The translations under genes were made by a program, and so were the position numbers. DNA of 64,000 nt from Camelus dromedarius (Eukaryota). Within the stretch, counting starts at the first letter, position 1; every line of letters starts with the position of its first letter. Below the pieces are notes generated by a model. The model was not told the DNA's origin. It was given only the letters and a program-made list of their open reading frames with translations, and ran no database searches. The stretch lies in NCBI RefSeq assembly GCF_036321535.1, contig NC_087437.1, positions 72,666,001-72,730,000 of the forward strand, in the 5' to 3' direction. Below are positions 26,301-38,300 of the stretch, piece by piece.

Positions 26301-29300
26301 CAAGGTGAGGAAATGCTGACCAGAGACTTAAACCAGTCTTGCATTTCTCTGAGGGCCTCCCTTCCTCAGTGCTGTTTAGAGACCAATGTTGGGAACTCAA
26401 AAGGATCGGGACTATCTTTTGTTCACCATAAGACTCAGAAGGCTCATGAGAACATGTATCACATTTTTTCCACTCTGGTCATCTGGTTATTTCTTCCCAT
26501 GTAAAAAAAATAGATGCAAACTGAGAGGTCCCCTCCCCTACTTTATTCTTCTCCATAGCGTTGCACCATCATGGAACACACTGTATGTATTTCACTGGTA
26601 TATCTGTTTATCGCCTGTCTCCCCCTACTTTATAGTATGTTCTGTGAGAGCACAGCCTGTGTGTCCTCTCAGAAATGATTTCGCACATATATAGCGAAAG
26701 AACCAAGGTGACTGACTCCTTGCTGTATCTCCCTCCTCTTGATACTATAGGCAGAGAAAGAAAAATAGTTTACAGACTGAGATTCTAAAAACAAACAAAC
26801 AAAAAGCAGGAACTCCTTGTCTACCATCAGAGGGAGATGTGTATTTCATATAAATCTACCCTCTGATTTGCTTAGACGACTGAAATATATGTTGCCGAAT
26901 TCAATTTATTATTTCTTTATTATTCTTGTTATAATGCTGATGTAGTAATTAAAAATTAACAAATGAGCTCTACCATAATGAAATAAATTGTCTGATCCTG
27001 TCACAATGTCTTTGCATTTTTTAATACAAACAAAATAATAGACTGGAAAAATGAGCCCCAGTCTGAAAAAACAGTTAATCCGGGCAGAGGGTTGAAATTA
27101 CAACAAAGTTTCATGTTGTAGGTAATATATTTCAATAAGGTTTAAATATTATAAAATTAACTAACATTTTGTTTGGAATTTAAAAACTAAGTATAAGTAA
27201 ATTCAAAAAATAGGATAATAGTATTTTTTCTAAGATAGTGGTAAAACTAGGTTACCTGAAATTTCCAGGTACACTTGCATTTCGGAGGATAGTAGCTGGG
27301 GTAATACGGACTTGAAATTTTCCCTTCAAAGCCAGTGATTTCTTTGACCAACACTGTGTTTTCACATTCTGAAAAATATCCAATAATACACAATGATTTG
27401 TAGTCGCAAGATTATAGGAAATACACTGCATACATTTCTTTAACTATAAATGCACACTTCCTTAATCAAGAAGATTATATATTTTTTGAAATGCAAACTA
27501 ATGTTTTAAAAAGCAATAGTACTCTACAGTTGTATAGCTAAAATACTTGTACAAAGTCTTTATTTGTTTTCAAATTATACATTTTGGCTACAGATGTATA
27601 GGATGCTATTACTTTCTTTAAAAACATGGTTTAAATATACATTTTTTCTTCTAGTTTTACTGAGATACAATTGACATACAGCATCATACATATCTTTTGA
27701 CATGCAGCACTGTAAATACATATTTTTAAAATTTCTGAGTTAATTTTCTTCAAATTAATGTGTATTTGTTGTTCAAGAAAAACACTGTAAATACATATTT
27801 TTAAAATTTCTGAGTTAATTTTCTTCAAATTAATGTGTATTTGTTGTTCAAGGAATATACCCAGTTTACATAACATGTTATTCTGCTTAGATAAGACAGT
27901 CTAAATGCTTATTCTTACTGAGGTAGTCATTTTTTGCTAGAATATAAGCTGCCCGAGAGTATTGATTTTTGTCTGTTTCGTTTACTGCTGTTTCCCTAAC
28001 ATCTAGAGTCATTTCTGGCACACAATAGATGTTCAATAAATATTTGTTGAGTGAGTAGAAAAATTCTAGTACAATATTTCTGATATGATTCTATTTTTAA
28101 CCTTTGGAGTTAGAGATAAGTTTTGACCTAAAAATATTTCAAATATCTAGTTCAATTTTGTACAATAAATCTATTTTATATTTGGTTTTGTAATAATTTG
28201 ATAGAGAAAACCTATCAAAATGAGCCACTGGCCTAAAATATAGATGAACCTGAGGCTCTTACCATCTACTTAAGCCAAATTCCCTTCCCTTCTCACTTCC
28301 ATCTCTCATTCTGATCCCTTTAGCTTTGTTGATGCTCATAAGGACAATGTGACCTCTAAGATCTGACCAGTTTCCAGGGCAACAAATATTACAAAAACAT
28401 GACAGTTTCAGTGAAGTCTCTTTTTATTCTGTTCTGTTTGCATCAAACCAAGTCAAAACGAGAACGCAGAAGAACGCACTTTTTGCTCACTAGAAAAACC
28501 CATTACATCGTCTGGGTTCTGCATCACAAGCACCTTCCAGGACGGCACTCTCTCTATAAATGAGAGCCCACAGAAGACAGCCTGTGAGCTGGTTACTGAG
28601 CTATTATTGTCTCTCACCTCCAAACCCACTCCTCTCTACTCTATTCTGCAAGGCTGGGCTGGGACTCTGCAAACCCCTCTCTCCTTTCCTACCTGACAGG
28701 CTCTGCCAGTAGGGGGTGCTAAGGGGAGACCAGAAGCCTGGAGGCAGGAGAATGGGACTTCTGTCAATTTCTTATTCCAGGGAGTGTCACCCAGCAGTGC
28801 TGCCCACCCCCGCAGCTACTCTTCCTTCCTGCAACAGAGGTGAATCCTGCTAGCAGTTTTTCCAACTTCCGCTTTATTGCATCTCCCTCAAAGATGCCAG
28901 CTCAGCTGCCTGGTACTCTCTTCTCAAAGATCCAGGTCCCCAGTTCATGAACACCTGCCTCTGAACACACAGACACCAACATCAGCTGGGCAGCACCCCC
29001 TTCTCCGAGGTCTGAGTTTCATTTCACAGACACCCTCCTCCATACCCTAAGTTGGAATCATTAAATCGCTTTCCTTTGTTCTTTCATACCTACAGGTGTT
29101 AGTTGCTTCCTACACGTGTTACATCATAATACTTGACATTTTTGTTTTGTTTTTGCCTTTTGCGTTACCCAATTAACACCTTTACACTGAGTGAACAGTT
29201 GTTTATCTTACATTCTCTCTGTTAGAATAGCTAATGTGATCTCTCTCTTCTTACTGGACCGTGAATCAAGGTCCTGATTAATGCAACTAGTATTACAACA

Positions 29301-32300
29301 CAGCCTCGGGAGAGGTAAGACTGAAGTATCCATCAAAACAAATGTTTCTCATGACTGTTTTTCAACTAGGGAAGACTTACTTTGTTCTGGAATGACCTCA
29401 AAATATGCCCGGATTCCTGACAGCCTCCGTATCTGAGGAGACTTTAATGTCACCAACATCAGATTATTTGTAGAAACAAATGACATTAATGTTCTTGTGG
29501 GTTCACAAATTCTGAAACCAGATAACCAAACAAAAGGACATAAATAATAGGTCATTGAGGACTGGACCCCTACATCCACCATGAATTCTCCCTATTTCCC
29601 GGGCCATTTGCACAGTTCTTGTGAATCAGAGTCTGTCAGCCAGGTCTTCAGTAAGTGACCACAGGGCATTACAGATGGAGGGGCACTGGTATAGGTACAG
29701 AAATTTTTGTCCAATAACTACTGAAGAATTTTCTGTGATGGCCGTCAGAGGACGCTCTTTGAGCACAAACAAGGTGCACAGACAAGGTATTGAATGGCTG
29801 AAGTCACCGGCTCTTCACCAGGGAAAATTGGGTTCAAATTCAGCTCCATCACATAACTGGCTGAAAGATTCTGGGTAACGAAGTAACTAAATCTTCATAA
29901 ATGCCAGTTTCCCAACTATGAAATGGTAGTGATAAAACAGTATACTCCTCATAACATTGAGGTGAGGATTAAATGAAATAATAACTAAACACACCTGGGA
30001 ATGATTAAAAGAAACCAAACTTTTCAGTACAAATCTTTAGACATGGTTTGAATTTTTAATGTGTTCATTCACCACCAAAATATAAATTCATACGTACATA
30101 AAATACTATTGTATGCATACATAAACATTAAAAATGATAAGATAATTCATATGCCTATTTAGCACAGTGAGTAAAAAGAGCAAATTCTTAATAAAGCCTG
30201 ACATTATTAGATTATCAAAATATTAAGTACTTATAAAAAGATAGCTACTAGTAAAAAAGAAATACTAGGGTATGTCTATGTATATGTGTGTGTGTGTGTA
30301 ATTGTGTATATGTATGAATGAAAGAATGCATGCAAAAATATAACATTTATCCTGGGTAATGAGAATGTAAAGTCATCGACATTATTTTCTCTGATTGACC
30401 TCACTTTCACAATGAACACTGTATTATGTTTATAATAAGGAAAAAATGTAATTGTTTTACTAACGCTAGGCAATCATAATAGAATACATACTCTCACATT
30501 CTATTGAAATAGTAGACTTCATTGTGATTGCAATAAAAGTAAATTTAAACAAACAAAACATCTGTTACCTATCAGAAACACTAGCTGAAGCTCCCACTGT
30601 ACTGATTTTGACTAGGGCATGCTACAAGGGAAAAGCAAACGTTGTGTTGCTAAACAGGGCACGGGGCAATCTTTGACCTCATAAGAATACACAAAAATGG
30701 TTTTAAAAAATCCAAAAGGAACCCAGATACTGCAAAAGAGAGATGTTGTAAAAATTCTTTTCACTCGCCAGCCAGGGTGCCTGGGTGATACCTGTACAAG
30801 ACTGTGCTCCGGAGGGGCAAGAGGGAGTCATAAATGGTCAGGGAGTCGCTGACACAGTTGTCGGCCTCAATCTGGACAGACTCTATGGAGAGACGAAGCA
30901 GATGGCCCACTGTAGCCACCAGCTTGAAGTGGCACGTCAGCCTCCCTGAGGTTGCAGAAATCTCCAGAGGGTAGCGGAGAGACAGATGTTCTGCGTAGAG
31001 GTACTGAGAGCAGCCTCTGTCTGTGAAGACGGCACTTGGTTTGGTTTTGTTTTAGGAACGAGTTTTCTAGAAATCTTTATAGAAAAGAGCCAAAGAGGTC
31101 ACAGGGAGGACATCTGCTGTCTTTGCCAGCCTGGAATCCACTCTCATCTCTTCTGATAACAGCGTCTAGAATTTACTTTGAGAAACTATTCCTACCCTGT
31201 CAACCTGGCTTGCTTGGAGTTAAACTCACCCCCAGGTCCAGAGGTGGGCACACAACCCAGACTGACCAATGAGTCAAAAAAGCGGGTTCAGGAGTAGGCA
31301 TGTCAGTCAATTTGAGACAGTGAGACTCAGCCCCAGGACTTCTGCAGGAACCATCAGGTGAGGTTTTTTTTCCACCATGACTGCTAAACTGATAAATTAC
31401 AAAGCTTGGATCTGCTGGTGGCTATTTATGCCTCCACATTGGAAAAACCCATTTGATAAAGCCTCAACAGAGGAAAGCAAACATGCAGAGTCCTGATATT
31501 TTATCTCTTAGAACCTGGATCCAACCATGCCTGCAGCCAGCCTCCTCCATGAATGTCCCAGTTATATGAGCCAATCAAGCTGCTTTTGTGCTTAAGCTGG
31601 TTTGAGTATGTATCTGTTACTTGCAACTGAAAGAGCCCTAATACACACCGTCATCTGAACAGGAAAACTACAGTCAGAAAGCATACTGATTTGGAGGCAG
31701 TTGGGGAATGGGAGGAGGGAGAAACCACATGATATAATTTACCAGATCCTATGGTTGAAGAGTAATCTGACCGAAGCCCAGCTGCATCGAAAAAGCACAT
31801 AGAAAAGAGTCAGTCCCAGCATTTCATTTTGTTAGAATCTTGCTTAGTAAAAGTATTTTCAGTCATTAAAAGCAAACCAACATACCTGAGAATTTGCTGT
31901 AAAATAATCCTGAAGGGAAGGGAGGTTGTTTAGGTATTTAGAGCTCAAATAGGAGAGCCAGGAGCTCCCAGTTACTGAAGCTGAGCAAAGGGTGTGAGAG
32001 AGTTCATTAAACTCTTCTCTTAGCTTTTGTGCTTGAAATCACCCATAGTAAGAAGTTTTAAACATTTTTTAAAGATAAAAAAGCAACCAGACATGATAAT
32101 TAGTTCTGTATCTCAAACAGTATATGTGGTACAGAATTTTCCACCAGAGATTTTGTTCATTCATTTGTTACTTATTACAAATACTTATCAGCCACCTACT
32201 ATCTGCCTAGAATATACATAATTTAAATCAAAATAGAAAGCTGAATAAGTTTTGAATTAAACAATGATTAAACCACTTTACTGTCAAGACAATTGATGGA

Positions 32301-35300
32301 ATTTGCATTTTGACTGTGCTACGGAGCAAGCCACCTTGAAGCATTGGGACACACTATGTAACACAGGCATGGCTCTGTCTCAGCAAGGGAAGAAACGAGG
32401 AAGGTACACCTCTGCAACACGTTCCTTCTCCCAGACTTTGTTCTGTGGAGCCTTAGTCTGAAGATGCATGAAGCCAAAATAAATATAGAGAGGGGTACAC
32501 TTTAATAAATTCAGTTTCATGTATATGACCCCAATTCTATTGTCCAATCACTGTGTGTAACATCTAGCAGGTTTCTTTATCAACAAAGCTCCAAAGTCTT
32601 CAGCTAATCCTGCCCCATGGGATTGGGGAAAAGAACACAGTTATTCCTCAGTATCCAGGGAGGATTGGATCCAGGACCCCCACAGATTCCAAAACCATGG
32701 ATACTCAAATCCCTTATGTAAAATGGTGTAGTAATATACAAAATAGGTAAACAACAAGGTCCTCCTGTATAGCACAGGGAATTATATTCAATATCTTGTA
32801 ATAACCTATAATGAAAAAGAATATGTATATCTATAACTGGATCATTATGCTGTACACCAGAAGCTAACACAGAATTGTAAATCAACTATACTTCAATTTT
32901 TTTAAAAAGCTATTTGCATAAAACCTATGCATATCCTCCTTTATACTTCAAATCATCTCTAGATGACTTCTAATACCTAATACAATGTAAATGCTTTGTA
33001 AATAGTTGCCAGCCTGCAACAAATTGAAGTTTTGCTTTTTGGAGCTTTCTGGAATTATTTTTTCCAAATATTTTCTATCCACAGTTGGTCGAATCCACAA
33101 AAGTGGAGTCCATGGATACTGAGGGAAGATGGCACTTTATTACAATACTGACTATGATAAGGGCATAACAGGAGTGCTGCAGGAAGGAAAGCTTAAAGAA
33201 TGACTTCACAATCACCATTTAGTACCACAGAGTCCATGTCCACAGCCAGACCCTGCAAGCTTCCCACCGAGGTCCGGTTTATGATGCTCGTCTGGATGGA
33301 GTCCTTCAGGATGGCAGCCACGCAGTCCTCACAGAAGACATGGCCCTTGGCATTTGGCATGACAAACACAAGCCAAAAGTGCACAAGGAGCCCACCTTTG
33401 TTGTTACTGCTACAGTGAAAAGAGAAAGAAGTTCAGGGATACCTCTTAGGAAGCGGACTTTCCTAAGGAGCCAGTGACCCAACTGATAACCTCAAGGTAA
33501 AGCCAATGCGCACATCCTTCAACTGAGCACCATTTCCTTCTTTAGGAAATCATTGACTCCTATTAAGGGAATTTGAAAAGCAAAGCACCATGATATGTGT
33601 ATTCTTGTGCTGGGTTCAAATCTAGAACAGTTAGTATATTTTGCATCTCTATGGAGAATATACTATTTCTGCAGAAATCACTCAGTATTCACTGCTATTA
33701 CAAACAACAAGTTAGAATGTCTGCTACCTCACCATGTCCAGACACAGGGCTACATCTGCTTTATCCCACTTAATCTTATGAGGAAGGTCTTATTATTATC
33801 CCAGTATTACAGATGAGGAAATTAAGGTCCTCTACAGCTCAAAAATCACACGACTCCTAAGTAGCAAGTCTTGGAATCAAGCCTAATTTGGTTTTCAGTC
33901 TGACCCTGGAGCAGAAGCTCCTAACTACACAAATATTGCCATGTTTTACGGGGGGAAAAAAAACATAGTGTTGTAAAGCATAAATTTTGGAAATGGAAGG
34001 TGAAGGAAAAGAAACAAATTGCTTTACTCCAAGACTTCTCAGTGCCTTTAATCTGTGAATTTCCACAGATCTATAGAGAGTGGGGGAAGGTGGGATGCAG
34101 TTCACGATGCACAATGTTTCTTAAAAATTATTTGACCATGGGATCCTTTTTTTTCTCAGAAGATCTCTAGTGATCAGTATTTTTACATATTGAACATGTT
34201 TAGAGAGACATTGGCCTGTGTTTTATTTTTGCCCCCACCCAATATAGTGGCCATGTTTACAGCCATTTTGCCCAGTGGCCTTAATGCAGAAGTCCAGGGT
34301 CCCAGTTCTGGGGAGACAGCAGGCTTTAGTAAGTGAAGAGAAAAACCCAGCATGACAGCTTGGCAAAGAATTGGGTCACTAGTGTGCTAACAGGAAGTTA
34401 CTTGAGAATGGCACTATTTCAGCCCTTCCACAGCCTTTCAAGGAATTTACAGCAATGAACGGACAAGTCCCAAAGCAAGATGCACTCATTACCTGACCTC
34501 TGCAACGACAGACTGCTTGTAGAATTTGGAAAAGGCAGATGTTGTATAAACCAGGTTTAACTGAAAAAAAAAAAAATGAACCAAGGTGTCAAAAGTCTCT
34601 TGAACTTGGTACCCAGCGTGCTGTAGTTCCAAGCTTGGACAGCTAGCAAGGAGAAAAGCAAGACTCCAACTAGAAGCCTCTAATGCCAAACCCAGACATT
34701 GTATCTTGAATTCAAATAAATTCTTACTTTCTGTAGCAGTCTTGGGTTACCTACTGTCATTCCGCTGTCTGTGAAGATTCATCAGTTACCTTTACCCATT
34801 TATTGTTGTCTTTATACACCCTAATCAAGCTTAACTTCTGCATTCTGCCTACTCCAAAGGTTCATTTTCTCCACAATGAGTAAATCAAACTTCTTTAAGC
34901 ACATTTTCAAAATATTTGACCCAATCTCTTTTTTATCAATGCACAGTACGGAAAATTTATATTCTCAAGGACACGTTCCTATATTAGCCACTAGAGGGCA
35001 GAGGGTGCCCACAGTCAGGTCTTCATCCCCTTCAGAACTCTCTAGTTTCCAGGGAAGCACCCAGCTTTTAAAACACCATAAATGAAGCTCAAAAGAGAGC
35101 TATTTCGATCAATTGACCTTTTTTTATTTTGCCATTACTTAGTATTTCTAAAACCAATTTCTTCTGCCAAAACTTCTCCTGTATTCCCCTTCTGACAAAG
35201 AGGCAAAATCACCTACCAGGAGAAAAAACAAAAAACAAAAGCCAAAAAACCTTAGAAATAATATAGCATCATGAAAAAAAATGGGCTGTGGAGTCTAAAT

Positions 35301-38300
35301 TCACCTTGCAACACATAACACGTTACCTAGACCTGCTGAGCCTCCTTTTTTTCCTTTTTCTCTTTTGTTCTTTCTTTTTTAATCTGTAAAAATGTGATCA
35401 AAATGCCTACCTCTTTGGGCAGGTTGTTGAATAACTGCAATGAAATGTATTGAATGTAATACAAACTATACAAACAGGGTTTACTCAAAGCCAGCATTGA
35501 CTCTGCAGGAGGCCGGGGAGGACTTCACAGAAAAGGAGGCCCCTGGATGGGTCATGAATGATGGATGAAATTTCACTCAGTAGAGATTGGACAGAAGGCT
35601 TTGGGTCCAGAGAGAATAGCACTAAATCAGGGCCCCCAAACACGCAAGAGCAGTGATTATTCATAACACAAGTAATGACTGCCTTAGGTCACAAGGTTTC
35701 TTGTGGGAGAAAGTGGTAAGAAATGAGACTGGGACAATCAGGGGACAGAATTAGAAAAGTGCTTGCCTGCCATTCTTAAGAATCAGTACTTTATCCTTCA
35801 ACTGAAGGTGAAATACTGTTTTTAAAGGATCGCTCCAGCAGTAGAGAGGAATGGCTTTGGGTGGGGAAGGAGGAATACTGCTTGTGACTAGGAAAAATGG
35901 TAAAGAGAATTTTTTTTAAATGTCTAGCCCTTTGGGCTAATTTGAGGAATAACTGACATATAGGAAAGGTGAAGGGTTCTGCGATTTACCCAGTACATAG
36001 GAGGCCTTCGGTCAGTAAGAGCTGCTATGCCCACTGTAGCCTTTGCTCTCTCTCGGTTCTCCTCCATTCTATACCCCAGTGTGCCTGTCACCGCAGGCGT
36101 CTCGCCCCCGCTAGGCCACCCTCTCCATCACTGTGAAAGTGCAAACTGGCAGAAGCTTTCTAACTGGCGACAGGTACCAAGAGCCAGGAACAGATGTCTT
36201 TCCATTGGACCAGTTGTGCTTTTAAAAAAAATTGGAAACAAATATCCAATAAAAAAGCACTTGCTAACTTTGTAGCTATCCAAACTTATGCTTTTTAAAG
36301 AATGTTTACTTGCATAGAAACATGCAACCTAATATGAAGAGGAAAAAATCAGATTATAAAACTGAGTATCTACGAATACCTCAATATTCAGTTATGTCCT
36401 ACGTCCACGTGGTCCAGAATCAAAAGGGGCTCTGTCTCTGGAGACGATGTTAAAGATTTTATTTTTTAAATACTTCTTTAAATTTTTTAAAATGTTTTAC
36501 AATACATATGTATTAGTTCTACAATATGAAAGTTTTTTTTTTTTAAGTAAAGAGATGCCAGTGCATCAGGGTTGAAATAAATGTGTATGGGTCAAAGAAT
36601 CATCAGTATGCACGTAACTTCTGTACTACAGGGTATTTTAAAGATCACTTGATCCAGTTCCTTTATTTTATAGATAAGAAACACTGAAGCTCAGAGACAC
36701 ATTTTGTTTTACTTTCAGCAGAAAAAAAATAAATAAGCAGTTCTATCAAATAAGCAATTTTATCTTACAACCAAGATGCACTAAATCCCTTGCTTCCCTG
36801 AGTTCTTCCTTCATCCGCCCTGCTCAGCTGCAACACAGTGACCCCCACCGCCATCTCCTGCCCCACCCCCAACCTCACCTTCCCCAGACTCTCAAGCTCC
36901 CCCCATCGCCTCACCACTTGCTGCACAGTCTGTGCCACTGACAGAAATTCCCTGGACTCCTTCTGCCGGTATTCAGGAAGAAATTCAATGTTGGTGAGGC
37001 GAAACATCCCCACAAAGTAAAAAGCATCTCTGCTCTCTGTCTTACCTGTAAGCCAAGAGAGAAGGTGGTTAGGAGGCTTTTCCATCTGTGTGGCAGCGAG
37101 GCAATGTCTGATCTCTGTCAGTGCAGGCTCCTAAAATGCCTTTATTCTAGACAGCTTTGTAGTTTACTGGTCACAGCCTGTGAAGCTCTAAATGTAATTA
37201 ACAACATCTCTTCCATCAACAGTAATCAGCCTACCTCTTTATTCTTTCTATCCACTCTGGCCAATACTTAAGAACAAGATTAAAAGGTAAAAGATAGACC
37301 TGTTCCCGGATTCGAGTTCTTGTGCCCGAGGAACCGTGAGGCTGAAGAAACCGAAACGCCGGAGTTTGCAGCAGAGAAAAGTTTACTGCAGGCCTGAGCA
37401 AGGAGAAAGGGGTGGCTCACACCCAGGAAAACCCTGAGCTCCCCAAAGGGTTTCAGCAAAACATACTTAAAGGTCAGGTAAGGGAGGGGCGTCACAGGGT
37501 ACGTGATCAGCTTGTGCACGACTCTCTGATTGGCCGATGCTGAGGTCACAGGACGGTCAACACTATCAACCTCTGGGCGCCAGAAGGCCTGAGGCCATGT
37601 TCCATCCTCAGGTAGTTAACTTCTTCCCTTTGGTGGTGGGTTTTAGCATTTGAAAAACTCAGGAAATTTTCGTGAGATACTATTATCTGGGTCCTTCCGA
37701 GAGGAGCTGCAGCAGAGGAAGTTGGGGAGGCATCTGTCCCGTGAAGACCTCACAGGGTCCTGCTCAGTTACAGACTTTTTTGACTTTCTACATGTTCTAG
37801 AGTTACTAAGGGGCCAAAAAGAGCAGAGACAACGTTCATAGATCTCGAGTCTGTGGAAGGTAAGGAGGTAAGAAATGCACACAGCCAAGCTCTGAAGGGA
37901 CATGAGCCCAGTGGGAGGAGGGGGAAGGGCCCCCTCACCCTTCACCAAGCCGCAGGCACTGAGCCCCTTTCTGACTTGTGTGGCTGATGCCCCGGGTGCC
38001 GGGCCAGTCTTCAGCTCTGGGCAGAGCGTGGAGAATTCATCCACAAAGTGTGGTCCTCAGCCCAGTATCAGGTCACACCTGCTCAATACCCTGCCCGGTG
38101 AGGGCCATGGGACGGGGCATCAGGTGGGGCCAGAAACTGCTGACCAGACAGTCAGCAACAATGCTGGGTCTGAGCTGCCTACAGGCACCTGAGAATAGCT
38201 TCAGGAGATGGGGACTTTCCTTTCAGCCTTTCCTCTTTGTTACAAGGTCTTACTGCTGTCTTTCAGTCCATAACATAGGGTAGTGAGTGCCTGATTTAGC

